Origin: Acidobacteriota bacterium
GTDB lineage: Bacteria > Acidobacteriota > Terriglobia > Versatilivoradales > Versatilivoraceae
Length of the DNA: 64,000 nt
Assembly (NCBI GenBank): GCA_022616615.1
Contig: JAKEER010000111.1
Location: 1,478 to 65,477, forward strand
Reading direction: 5' to 3'
Shown here: positions 1 through 9,482 of the stretch, in pieces
Layout: each line of letters starts with the position of its first letter
Numbering within the stretch: the stretch's first letter is position 1
Notes under the pieces: model-generated
The model's input: only the letters and a program-made list of their open reading frames with translations
The model's database searches: none
Told to the model about the DNA's origin: nothing
Position numbers and translations under genes: made by a program

Positions 1-280
1 TGATCTGAATCGCGAACCCGGCTCCTGAAAGGCCCTGAGCGTCCAGCCCAGGTCCGGGCGCGGGGACAGCGGCGCCGTGCGATGCTCCAGGATCAGCAAG
101 GAAACGCGCTCCAGGGTAGCCCTTCCATTGTCGGTTTGTGTATCTGAAGAGAGCTTCTTGCCTCATTTCACTCCGCTTGTCCAGAAAAAGCTAATTTTCA
201 GCCGAGTAGTTGTCGAAAGTTAGTTCATCGATTGTCTGAACCTGCTGTCCTGTTTGCGGAACCATACACAGAGGTGTTTC

Positions 281-1240
281 ATGAAACCCGCTGTCTTGAT
301 CGTCGACGATGATCCGAGTGTCGTCCGCATGCTCGAAATGGGCCTAGCCGACGAGTATGAGGTTGTGCCGGTGTTCGAACCCACCGAGACGATCAAAGCG
401 TTTAGCGAAGCGGCCATTGATATCGTGATTAGCGACATCAAGATGCCCGGGCTTTCAGGTTTTGACATCTTGCGATCGGTCAAGGCAGCTAATCCTCTGG
501 TCGAAGTGATCTTGCTCACTGGTGAGCTGCCCGACAAATCCAGACCTGCCGTAAACGCCTTGCAGGGGGGAGCCCACGATTATCTGCTGAAACCCGCGAG
601 CATCCGGGTGCTCAAGGCTGCCATTCAGCAGGCTCTGGCAAAACAGCGGCAGCACCTGGAGGACAAACGCAAGCTCCAGGATCTGATCCGACGCGCCAAC
701 ACCGACTTCCTCACTGGGCTGAGCAATCGGCACCACTTCCAGTCCCAGGTCAAACTGGAATTTGAGCGCAGCGACCGGTACGAACGGAGCTTGAGTTGTC
801 TGATTCTGGACATCGACGACTTCAAGAAGATCAACGATGAGTTTGGGCACTGTGCCGGAGACCAGGTTTTGCAGCGGCTGGGTCAACTGATTGGCAAGCA
901 CTTGAGGTCCAGCGATCTGAAATGCCGTTACGGAGGAGAGGAGTTTGTCCTGATCTTGCCCGAAGGCAATGCGGAAGTGGCAGCAACCGTTGCCGAAAAG
1001 ATGCTCCGCTTGATTGCGAAGGAATCGTTTGAGTTCGCCGACCCGCCACTGCGCATCACTGCCAGTATCGGGATGGCAACCTGTCAGAGAAGAAATTTTG
1101 CTTCAGCCGAGGAATTGATCCGCGCTGCCGATCTGGCCATGCTGCAGGCCAAGCGCGAGGGAAGAAACTGCATTCGGGCTCACCAGCCTAGCTTTCACAG
1201 CGGCTTGCCGCCTTCGCCCGCTCTAGCTTCACGCCGGTGA
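281..1240 (+). CDS. Response-regulator receiver domain fused to a GGDEF diguanylate cyclase (PleD/WspR-like)
   Basis: ORF 254..1240. ATG at 281 follows GAGGTG. CheY-like REC (VLIVDDD ... ISDIKMPGLSG). GGDEF domain with intact RYGGEEF active site and an RxxD I-site (RSSD) five residues upstream. Confidence 0.9.
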   Translation: MKPAVLIVDDDPSVVRMLEMGLADEYEVVPVFEPTETIKAFSEAAIDIVISDIKMPGLSGFDILRSVKAANPLVEVILLTGELPDKSRPAVNALQGGAHDYLLKPASIRVLKAAIQQALAKQRQHLEDKRKLQDLIRRANTDFLTGLSNRHHFQSQVKLEFERSDRYERSLSCLILDIDDFKKINDEFGHCAGDQVLQRLGQLIGKHLRSSDLKCRYGGEEFVLILPEGNAEVAATVAEKMLRLIAKESFEFADPPLRITASIGMATCQRRNFASAEELIRAADLAMLQAKREGRNCIRAHQPSFHSGLPPSPALASRR

Positions 1241-1966
1241 AGTCTCCCCAGCCGTCGGCACGCACCTTCCTACTCTAACTCGTGCCGGCCGAATGAGCGT
1301 GTGGTCAAGGGCATATCCCTTACTGACGACTTCGATGACCTGCTGGTCCTGCTCCTTGTTTGAAACGTCGATGGTGCCAACGGCCTCGGCAATCTCCGGA
1401 TCAAAGAGCCGGCCCGCTACTTCCAGCTCCGAGACACCCAGCTCAGCAAGCGTTGCAAGAAACTGATTGCGTATTAACTCGACCCCCTCGAGCAAGCTGT
1501 CGAAGGCCTGTTTGTCCTTTGCCGCTGCCAGAGCGCGCTCCAAATTCTCCAGAATATCGACAAATTTCTTCACTACGTCAGACTTCGCTTGGGCAAGCCG
1601 TCGGTTGTACTCATTTTGAATCCGCTCTCTGGCGCGCTGCGTTTCCGCGGCTGTTTCCGCTTTGTACTCGCGATAGGAAGCCAGAACTTCTTCAGTTTTT
1701 CGCTGCGACTCAGCCAGTTTTTTCTCCAGCTCCTCAACGTAGGAGGGCTTGAAAGAATAGTCAGAAGCTGGAGTTTCGTTTGCACTCTCGTTCTGTGCCG
1801 AGAACCTGCGGTCGGTAACTCGAACGGGCTCCTCGTTCTTGCCGACTTGGACCGGAATTGGCTGCCCTTGTGAGTCTTCAGCCATGCCAGGTTTCGACTC
1901 TGGTGTTGCCTTAGTCATTAGCGCTTCGTCCTTTTCATGATAAATGTCAATGTTATCGAATTCCAC
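1229..1966 (-). CDS. grpE: Nucleotide exchange factor GrpE
   Basis: Coiled-coil N-terminal half plus a typical GrpE C-terminus (FDPEIAEAVG...VIEVVSKGYALDHTLIRPARVRVG). Start uncertain: GTG at 1966 or ATG at 1918. The 3' end overlaps the convergent cyclase gene by 12 nt. Confidence 0.85.
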   Translation of the reverse strand: MEFDNIDIYHEKDEALMTKATPESKPGMAEDSQGQPIPVQVGKNEEPVRVTDRRFSAQNESANETPASDYSFKPSYVEELEKKLAESQRKTEEVLASYREYKAETAAETQRARERIQNEYNRRLAQAKSDVVKKFVDILENLERALAAAKDKQAFDSLLEGVELIRNQFLATLAELGVSELEVAGRLFDPEIAEAVGTIDVSNKEQDQQVIEVVSKGYALDHTLIRPARVRVGRCVPTAGETSPA

Positions 1967-2016
1967 CCTGGAAGCGCGGGCGTCTTCGCCCGCATCCTTG
2001 CGGTAGGCAAGGAAAT

Positions 2017-2034
2017 GCCGGCCTGAAGGCCGGC
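2017..2034 (-). terminator. Candidate hairpin terminator downstream of hsp20
   Basis: GCCGGCC-TGAA-GGCCGGC perfect 7-bp GC stem. On the minus strand it is followed by ATTTCCTT, only a moderate U-tract. Confidence 0.35.
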
Positions 2035-2164
2035 TCAGCGGGCGAGACCCGCGCTCCCAGGATTTAGTTCACCATTTGCTTCGAGCTTCCCGCCTTCTCG
2101 AACACCGGCTAGCCTTCGGCTTGCTGGAGAAGCCGCAACACGGGTCTGCTACGCAGGATACCGT

Positions 2165-2614
2165 TTAGGTAACCGACACCTTGATCTGCTTGGGTTTGAT
2201 CTCTTCCCGCTTCGGCATAACGACCTTCAGAATGCCATCTTTGTAATCGGCACGGATTTTTTCCTGATCGATTGTAGTCGGTAGGGTGAAAGATCTGGCG
2301 AAAGCGCCATAGGCTCTTTCAATCCGATGGAAATTCTCTCGCTTCGCGTCTTTTTCAAACTTCCTCTCTCCGCGCAGCACCAGCGTGTTGTTTTCCACTT
2401 GTATATCGATGTCTTTTTGGTTGATCTCGGGAAGTTCGGCCTTCAAAACAACTTCATTGTCAGTCTCATAGATGTCGACAGCCGGACTCCAGAGAGCTGA
2501 ATTCAGGGCCTCTTCCCCGGGGCGAATTCCGCGCATCGAGTCGTCAAAGAGGCGATTCATGCGGTCCTGCAGTGAGAGCAAATCCTTGATCGGTTCCCAT
2601 TTCGTGATAGTCAT
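2165..2614 (-). CDS. Hsp20/alpha-crystallin family small heat-shock protein
   Basis: 149 aa. Alpha-crystallin core (PAVDIYETDNEVVLKAELPE...FARSFTLP...GILKVVMPK). GGAGGAG Shine-Dalgarno just upstream of the ATG. Confidence 0.9.
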   Translation of the reverse strand: MTITKWEPIKDLLSLQDRMNRLFDDSMRGIRPGEEALNSALWSPAVDIYETDNEVVLKAELPEINQKDIDIQVENNTLVLRGERKFEKDAKRENFHRIERAYGAFARSFTLPTTIDQEKIRADYKDGILKVVMPKREEIKPKQIKVSVT

Positions 2615-2652
2615 GACGTCGTCTCCTCCGGAATGAGATTTAGCACGCGGGT

Positions 2653-2681
2653 AGAATAGAATCTGCGTTCGACACTGTCAA
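2653..2681 (-). promoter_or_regulatory. Candidate sigma-70-type promoter for hsp20
   Basis: On the minus strand: TTGACA (2681..2676), 17-nt spacer, TATTCT (2658..2653), about 40 nt upstream of the hsp20 ATG. Confidence 0.35.
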
Positions 2682-2696
2682 AGCCCATCTAAGAAA

Positions 2697-3863
2697 TTAG
2701 TCCAAGACCCGAAGGAAAAGACATTTAAGATAGTAAGTCTCCGGCATGGAGAGAAGAAATGGATGGTCCTGTGCCTGGGTGCGCTTCTGCAATACCTGAA
2801 CTCTTCTGCGCGCATCGGCTGCCGTCTGCGTCAATAGATTCAAGAACAGGGTTTCATCAATTAATTGGGAGCAACTGGCCGTCACCAGCAGCCCGCCCGG
2901 ATTGAGCAGACGCAAGGCTCGCAAATTGATTTCGCGATAGCCGCGCAAGGCCGCCTCTATGTGTGAGCGATTCTTGGCAAAAGCCGGAGGATCCAGGACA
3001 ATCGTGTCGAAGCGCTTTCTCAAGCGGTCGTACAGCTTCAACCGGTCGAAGACATTCTCTGCTCCAAAGCGAACATTGCCGAACCCGTTGAGCGCGGCGT
3101 TGCGCTGGCCCATCGCCACCGCAGCTTGGGAAAGATCCACCGCTTCCACTTCCTCGCAAGCCTCCGCCAGATGTATCGCAAACGATCCGGCATAGCAGAA
3201 ACAGTCCAGCGCCTTGCCGCGGGCCAGGCCGGCTGCAGAGGCGCGGTTTTCTCGGTGATCGAGAAAGGCGCCGGTCTTCTGCCCGCTGAGCGGCTGAAAG
3301 TAGAAAGGCAGCCCATTTTCCCGGCAGATGATCTCTCCCGGATCGGATCCATAGAGGATCGACGCCGTCTGTGGCAGACCCTCCAGCGCTCGTACCTTGC
3401 TGTCGTTACGCTCGACGATTGCCTTCGGCTGAAACAGTTCGAGCAGTAGTTCGACCAAAATCGGTTTGATCTGCTCAGCGCCCTGGCTCAGGGTCTGGAC
3501 TGAAAGCACCTCGCCGTAACAGTCGACAATGACGGAAGGCATCGCATCACCTTCGCTGTGCACCAGGCGGAACACCTCCGAGTTCCGCACGACTTGCTGG
3601 CGCAACTGCCGGGCCTGCTGCAGTCGGTGTCTCCAGAATTCCTTGCCGACGTCCCGGTCTTCTTGCGTGATTAGGCGCAATGTGATCAGCGAGCTGGAGC
3701 TGTAGAACGCCCGACCGTAGACTCGTCCCCTTTTGTCTCTAACCGAGACAACACTGCCCGGATTCGCCTCGCAGGCGACAACATCGCTTCGGTAAATCCA
3801 CAGATGCCCCGCCTGCAGCCGATCTGCAGCTCTTGGAGAGATAATGGCTTGCCCGGCGCTCAT
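2697..3863 (-). CDS. rlmI: PUA-domain class I SAM-dependent rRNA (cytosine-C5) methyltransferase, RlmI-like
   Basis: About 388 aa. N-terminal PUA-like region (HLWIYRSDV), SAM-MTase core (ALDCFCYAGSFA ... VLDPPAFAK). ATG at 3863 preferred over the TTG at 3884. Confidence 0.7.
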   Translation of the reverse strand: MSAGQAIISPRAADRLQAGHLWIYRSDVVACEANPGSVVSVRDKRGRVYGRAFYSSSSLITLRLITQEDRDVGKEFWRHRLQQARQLRQQVVRNSEVFRLVHSEGDAMPSVIVDCYGEVLSVQTLSQGAEQIKPILVELLLELFQPKAIVERNDSKVRALEGLPQTASILYGSDPGEIICRENGLPFYFQPLSGQKTGAFLDHRENRASAAGLARGKALDCFCYAGSFAIHLAEACEEVEAVDLSQAAVAMGQRNAALNGFGNVRFGAENVFDRLKLYDRLRKRFDTIVLDPPAFAKNRSHIEAALRGYREINLRALRLLNPGGLLVTASCSQLIDETLFLNLLTQTAADARRRVQVLQKRTQAQDHPFLLSMPETYYLKCLFLRVLD

Positions 3864-3922
3864 GGCGGCGACTGTAGCACACAAGAGTTGCCGGGTGAAT
3901 GCGGTTGTGGTTTCATCTCGAT

Positions 3923-4987
3923 ATGAACGTCTCTGACTTCAACTACGCGCTTCCTTCACAGCTCATCGCCTCGCATCCCGTGCAGCCCCGCGACCAGTCG
4001 CGGCTGATGCATGTTCGACGTGCCACAGGAGAAATCTCCCACCACGTCTTTAGCGAGCTGCCGGAGTTGCTTCAGGCCTCCGACCTGCTTGTTCTAAACA
4101 ACACGAAGGTGTTTCCCGCCCGGCTCCTGGGTCACCGTATGGGAGTGGCGTCGGAAAGCTACCCTCGCGATAAGCCCCCCAGCGCAATGATTGAAGTCTT
4201 GCTGCTGAAACCCTTGGGCGGCGATGTCTGGGAAGTGCTGGTCAAACCGGGGCGGAAGATGCGGATTGGAGAACGCGTGCGCTTCGGCAGCCGGCTCGAA
4301 TGCGAAGTACTGGAGCGAGGAGAGCTCGGATCTCGCACAGTCAAGTTTTCCTACCAGGGCAACTTTGACGACTTGGTCGACACCCTGGGTCATGTCCCTC
4401 TGCCGCCCTATATTGCCCGGCCCGACGAAACGAGAGACAAGGCCGAATACCAAACCATCTTTGCCAGAAAGCGAGGCGCCGTCGCTGCTCCTACTGCAGG
4501 GCTGCATTTCACGCCCACAGTGCTGAGAAAGTTGCGCCAGCGGGGTGTCGAAACCTGTGAAATCACGCTGCATGTGGGATTGGGAACATTTCAGCCGGTG
4601 CGCGCAGAGCAAGTCGAGGACCACCGGGTGGAAGCGGAGCGTTTTGAGATCTCCGCGGAAGCCGCCCAGACTATTGGGTTGGCCAGGACGCAGCAACGAC
4701 GCGTGGTTGGCGTGGGTACAACCGCGGCACGGACACTGGAGTCGTCGGCCCAGCAGCACGGTGGAGAAGTCGTAGCAGAGGCTGGAGAGACGCGCCTCTT
4801 TATTTATCCAGGCTTCGAGTTTTCCTGCCTGGATGGCCTGCTAACCAACTTTCACTTACCCAGATCTACTCTGTTGATGCTGGTTTCCGCCTTTGCCGGC
4901 CGAGAGACTATCTTGCGTGCTTACCAAGAAGCCATTGAAGCAAACTACCGATTCTATAGCTATGGCGATTGCATGCTGATCCTGTAA
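3923..4987 (+). CDS. queA: S-adenosylmethionine:tRNA ribosyltransferase-isomerase
   Basis: MNVSDFNYALPSQLIASHP matches the canonical QueA N-terminus. Also AAPTAGLHFT, VGVGTT..RTLES and FYSYGDCMLI. The internal ATG at 3923 is preferred to the ORF-track start at 3899. Confidence 0.93.
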   Translation: MNVSDFNYALPSQLIASHPVQPRDQSRLMHVRRATGEISHHVFSELPELLQASDLLVLNNTKVFPARLLGHRMGVASESYPRDKPPSAMIEVLLLKPLGGDVWEVLVKPGRKMRIGERVRFGSRLECEVLERGELGSRTVKFSYQGNFDDLVDTLGHVPLPPYIARPDETRDKAEYQTIFARKRGAVAAPTAGLHFTPTVLRKLRQRGVETCEITLHVGLGTFQPVRAEQVEDHRVEAERFEISAEAAQTIGLARTQQRRVVGVGTTAARTLESSAQQHGGEVVAEAGETRLFIYPGFEFSCLDGLLTNFHLPRSTLLMLVSAFAGRETILRAYQEAIEANYRFYSYGDCMLIL

Positions 4988-5131
4988 ACAGGCGATCGAC
5001 CATAAAGTAACTGCATGGCTCCAGCCGAGAAGAATGGCGTTAGTCCTGGCACGTTCAAACTGCCGTTGACTGGCGGCAGCTTTTCCTACACAATCCTGCG
5101 CAGTCGTTGTGCAAAAGGCGGTTCCCAGATC

Positions 5132-5545
5132 ATGAGAACAGGGGCATTTCAGGAGGCGCAACCAGTTGAGCCGTTCTTGCGGCGTTTGCGCCGCCAGTGG
5201 TGGGTTTTCCTGGTTCCCCTTTACCCAGTCGTATGGGTTTGGGTAGGCGCCTTTCTGCTGGCGCTATTCATCAGCCAGCCTCTCCAATGGAAGCAGCTGA
5301 ACGCCGCGAACAACTCCTACGTCATCGTCCAGGTGCATCCCTACAGTGCCTGGCCGGCTAAGGAGCCGTTTGGAAGCTTCACTGGGGCTGCCTTGACCCG
5401 GAACCTGTCAGGTTTTCTGGAAGCCGCCGACCTGCAGGAGTTTTGGTTCGTGCCAGTGCATTTGCAGATTGCACGCCGTCTCGCGGATCAGTCGCCTGGT
5501 GTTCCTCCCTCTGCGTTTGTCCGTGCGGCCCGGGGAGTTGACTGA
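5132..5545 (+). CDS. Hypothetical single-pass membrane protein
   Basis: ORF 5015..5545. One clear TM helix (WWVFLVPLYPVVWVWVGAFLLALFI). No recognisable family, and the start is uncertain. Confidence 0.3.
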   Translation: MRTGAFQEAQPVEPFLRRLRRQWWVFLVPLYPVVWVWVGAFLLALFISQPLQWKQLNAANNSYVIVQVHPYSAWPAKEPFGSFTGAALTRNLSGFLEAADLQEFWFVPVHLQIARRLADQSPGVPPSAFVRAARGVD

Positions 5546-5719
5546 GAACCGCTGTCTCGGATTGCGCAACTTCTCTCTTGCTTATCAAGAATCTGGCCCT
5601 CTCAGGCGTGCGGCGGTTGAATCCGCCCGGTTGTGCTATCACCCAAGGCGTCCAGAGAATTCCGCTTGAGTTCCTTCGCAGCATGTCCTTAGCACACGAC
5701 CTCCCATCGAGAAACTGAG

Positions 5720-8700
5720 ATGCGTATCGCGGAAATCTGCGTCAAACACCCGGTCTTCGCGACTATGCTCACGGCCTTTCTTACCGTCATGGGACTGGTT
5801 TCCATGCGGGGTCTGGGCGTGGACCTGTATCCAAAGGTGGATTTCCCAACCGTCACGGTTACCGTCCTACTCCCAGGCTCGGGGCCTGAAGAGATGGAGA
5901 GCCAGGTGACGAAGCCCGTGGAGGAAGCGCTTAACACGATCAACGGAATTGAAGACCTGCGTTCCTCAACCATCGAGGGTGTGACCCGCATCTTCGTGAC
6001 TTTCATACTGGAACGAGACGTCGAACAGGCAGCCCAGGATGTGCGGGAGAAGATATCCACTGTGCTGGCCGATCTGCCGCCGGATGTCCAGCCACCTATC
6101 GTCGAGAAATTCGATCCGGACTCGACGCCGATCCTGTCTATCACCGTGTCGTCCGCGGCTCGCAGTTTGCGCGAGATTACGGAACTCACGGACAAGCGCA
6201 TCAAGCAGCGCCTGGAAACCGTTAACGGCGTCGGCCAGGTGCTGATGGTCGGCGGGCGCCGGCGCCAGATCAACATCATTCTGGACGCGAAGAAGATGCA
6301 GTCGCTGGGCGTGACGGTGAACGAAGTGAAAACCGCGCTGCAACGCGAAAACATTGAGACGCCGGGCGGCAAGGTGGAGCAGGGGAAATCGGACCTGTCG
6401 TTGCGCGTTCTGGGAAGAGTCGACGTCTCGCGGGAGTTCTCTCAGATCGTGGTCGCCAGCAAGGGGGCAACCGTCATCAAGATTTCGGATCTGGGAGCGG
6501 TCGAGGATGACATTGAAAAACCCATCAAAACCCTTTCCCGGCTTGATGGGAAGGATGCAGTCACGTTGCTGGTCCGCAAACAATCGGGAACCAATACCGT
6601 AGAGATTGTGAACCTGGTCACGAGGTACCTCGCCAGGATCAGCAGCGACTTGCCTCCAGACCTTGACGTCGACATCATCCGCGACCAGTCGTTCTTCATC
6701 AATGCCTCGATCCACGCCATTGAAGAACATCTCGTTCTGGGTGGCCTGCTGGCCAGCCTCGTGGTGCTGCTGTTTATGCGGAATCTCCGCTCCACACTCA
6801 TTGCGGCCGTCGCCGTTCCAACTTCGATTGTTGCGACCTTCGCCGTCATCAAGTATATGGGCTTCACGCTCAACAACTACACGCTGCTGGCGCTGATGCT
6901 GTCGGTTGGCATCGTGATCGATGATGCGATTGTGGTTCTCGAAAATATTTTCCGCTTCATTGAAGAGAAGAACTACCCGCCAATGGAAGCGGCGATTGAA
7001 GCGACCAAAGAGATCGGCCTGGCGGTGATGGCGACGACTTTGTCACTGGTTGTTATCTTCGTGCCCGTAGCCTTCATGAGTGGCATGACCGGCCGGTTCC
7101 TGAACAGCTTTGGACTCACAATGGCCAGCGCTATTCTGCTTTCCATGCTCATCAGCTTCACGCTGACGCCCATGTTAAGTTCGCGCTTTTTGAAGCCAGC
7201 CGCGCATGCCATGGCTGGGAAGAATCATCAGCGCCATTCTTCGAAGGAGACAGGTTTCTACGCAGTGATTGACAGATTCTACGGCCGAATGTTGCGCTGG
7301 TCTCTGGCGCATCGGACCGCGATTCTATTGATCAGTGCCGTGATCCTCGCGACGATCTATCCGGCCTACAAGGCCATCGGTAAGGAGTTTTTCCCGGCGG
7401 ATGACCAGGATGAGTTCCAGATTAACCTACGCACGTCCGAAGGCACGTCGCTGGAGGGCACGGATGCGATTCTCAAGCAGGTTGAAGCCGAAGTCAGGAA
7501 GCTGCGCGGTGTGAAACACATCCTGGCCTCGATCAACCCTTCGGGCCGCGGCAGCGTAACCGAGGCCGACATTTACGTTCGAATGGTACCGCTAAGGGAG
7601 CGCAACGTCAGCCAGTTTCAAGTAATGAGCGATGCCCGGAAGATGCTGAAGCAGTTTGCGGGTGTGCGCTCGGCGGTTTCGTTTATCAGCCCCTTTGGAA
7701 GCGGCGGGCGTGGCCAAGGCCAGTTGGAGTTCAGCATACGCGGTCCGGAGACGAGCCAGCTCGCTTTCTACGCCCGGCGCACGATGGATGAGATGCAGAA
7801 GGTTCCTGGCTTGATTGACGTGGACAGTAGCCTGAGTTTGGGAAATCCGGAACTCAAGGTCAAGGTCGATCGCGAAAAGGCTGCGGATTTGGGCGTACGG
7901 GTAAGCGACATAGCCTCGTCTTTGCGAACCATGGTGAGCGGCGAGGAACGCATCACGAAGTACAAGGAAGGCGACGAGCAGTATGAAGTCCGGTTGCGAG
8001 TTCTGGAGCGCGATCGCGGCGACGCCGAGGCCATTTCGCAGCTCATGATTCCTTCCGTCAAACTCGGTCAAGTCCAACTCAGCAATCTGGCAACACTGGA
8101 GCGCGGCCTGGGCCCTTCACAGATCGACCGTTACAACCGGCAAAGGCAGCTGACGGTCTACTGCAACCTGGAGGCCTGGAAGCCGCTCGAATCGGGAGTT
8201 CGAGAGGCCGGCAGTATCGTCCAGAGATTGAACCTGCCGCCTGGTTACGATACCCAGCTTTCGGGACGAGCCCGCCGCCTTGAGGAAACCATCGAAGCGT
8301 TTGCCCTAGCATTTGTATTGTCGCTGGTTTTCATGTACATGATCCTGGCATCGCAGTTTGACAGCTTCATTCATCCGATCACAATCATGACGTCGATTCC
8401 CCTGAGCATTCCTTTCGCGCTGGTTTCACTCATGCTGACTCAAAGGACGCTGAATATTCGGACGGCTCTGGGCATCCTTCTGCTATTCGGAATCGTCAAG
8501 AAAAATGGCATCTTGCAGATTGACTATACGAACACGCTGCGAGCCCGAGGGTTGGAAAGAGACTCAGCAATCATTGAAGCCAATCATGCCCGGCTGCGAC
8601 CCATTTTGATGACGACGATATCGATCATCGCCGGACTGATCCCGGCGGCATTGTCGAAGGGACCCGGTTCAGCGCAGAATTCTGGTATCGCCATTGCCGT

Positions 8701-8881
8701 CATCGGCGGGCAGATGATGTGCTTGCTCATTACGTTGCTGCTAACTCCGGTGGCATATTCTATTTTTGACGATATGGCGCAGTCGCGGGTGGGCGAAAGG
8801 TTCGCGGCAGCATTTTCACTGCAACGGCTTCGTCAGCGTATTACGGGTTGGAGTGCTTCTCTCTTTTCCGTCTTCAAGTGA
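5720..8881 (+). CDS. RND (HAE1/AcrB-type) efflux transporter permease
   Basis: 1053 aa, 12-TM architecture with two large periplasmic loops. Typical N-terminus MRIAEICVKHPVFATML and GIVIDDAIVVLENI (TM4 acidic pair). Confidence 0.93.
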   Translation: MRIAEICVKHPVFATMLTAFLTVMGLVSMRGLGVDLYPKVDFPTVTVTVLLPGSGPEEMESQVTKPVEEALNTINGIEDLRSSTIEGVTRIFVTFILERDVEQAAQDVREKISTVLADLPPDVQPPIVEKFDPDSTPILSITVSSAARSLREITELTDKRIKQRLETVNGVGQVLMVGGRRRQINIILDAKKMQSLGVTVNEVKTALQRENIETPGGKVEQGKSDLSLRVLGRVDVSREFSQIVVASKGATVIKISDLGAVEDDIEKPIKTLSRLDGKDAVTLLVRKQSGTNTVEIVNLVTRYLARISSDLPPDLDVDIIRDQSFFINASIHAIEEHLVLGGLLASLVVLLFMRNLRSTLIAAVAVPTSIVATFAVIKYMGFTLNNYTLLALMLSVGIVIDDAIVVLENIFRFIEEKNYPPMEAAIEATKEIGLAVMATTLSLVVIFVPVAFMSGMTGRFLNSFGLTMASAILLSMLISFTLTPMLSSRFLKPAAHAMAGKNHQRHSSKETGFYAVIDRFYGRMLRWSLAHRTAILLISAVILATIYPAYKAIGKEFFPADDQDEFQINLRTSEGTSLEGTDAILKQVEAEVRKLRGVKHILASINPSGRGSVTEADIYVRMVPLRERNVSQFQVMSDARKMLKQFAGVRSAVSFISPFGSGGRGQGQLEFSIRGPETSQLAFYARRTMDEMQKVPGLIDVDSSLSLGNPELKVKVDREKAADLGVRVSDIASSLRTMVSGEERITKYKEGDEQYEVRLRVLERDRGDAEAISQLMIPSVKLGQVQLSNLATLERGLGPSQIDRYNRQRQLTVYCNLEAWKPLESGVREAGSIVQRLNLPPGYDTQLSGRARRLEETIEAFALAFVLSLVFMYMILASQFDSFIHPITIMTSIPLSIPFALVSLMLTQRTLNIRTALGILLLFGIVKKNGILQIDYTNTLRARGLERDSAIIEANHARLRPILMTTISIIAGLIPAALSKGPGSAQNSGIAIAVIGGQMMCLLITLLLTPVAYSIFDDMAQSRVGERFAAAFSLQRLRQRITGWSASLFSVFK

Positions 8882-9482
8882 CATTTCTTCGGAGGGCAGC
8901 CCTCGCTGCCTACCACTCGCGTGGATGGCGCATGCCATTGCAGACGCCCGTCACCACTGCCACGGCGCGCCGCTTTGGCATTTCATGGGCGTCGGGCCGG
9001 GCAAAGACTCAGTAAGCAGACTGGGGGCGTGAAGTTTAGCTGAATCGCGGCGACGACAAATACGTCGTCCGTCAGGTTGAAGCGGGGCACCGTTAATTGG
9101 CCTCTTTGTTCCCATTTCTGGAGAAAGATTTCCTATTGTCTTGTCGGTTCCCGGAAGGCGAACCTGATCAAACTTTGTCCCTGCGAGTAGCTTACTAGCC
9201 TTTCCGATTCTGGAAGTCGACGTGCCAATAGACGTTCAATCTACCAAATCCCGTGCTTGATTTCACTTTGAAGGAACCGAGTGATGAGAGCTGGTGCCGG
9301 ACACCACAGCCACATGGCGGGATATCAAGGGCACAAGCCTGGAGGCAGAGATTGTTGCTGGGAGACTTCTCGCTGCTTTGGCGTTTGATTTCGCTACTCC
9401 GTTTCCGAAGACTGTGCCTAAAGTTCTTATGTTATTGAGTCGAGTAAACCACTGCTGTGATGTACGAGGGGGTAGCCTGGTG

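Noticed and set aside
1-167. Possible 5' end of a minus-strand gene (ATG at 167 reading out of the window)
   Set aside because: The translation (MRQEALFRYTNRQWKGYPGARFLADPGASHGAAVPAPGPG...) is Gly/Ala/Pro-rich low complexity with no recognisable motif. Another frame is equally open. This is too little sequence to call.
2640-2648. TTAGCACGC, resembling the left half of a CIRCE (HrcA) operator, upstream of hsp20
   Set aside because: No GAGTGCTAA-like partner is present 9 nt away on either strand. A single half-site is not evidence of a CIRCE element.
5689-6876. Long antisense and overlapping ORFs inside the RND gene (5689..6372, 5966..6730, 6442..6876). Similar shadow ORFs occur inside the ATPase-PglZ, ugd, asnB and other genes.
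   Set aside because: These are typical stop-poor shadow frames of GC-rich coding DNA. The translations are Arg/Ser/Pro-rich with no motifs, and the sense-strand genes are unambiguous.
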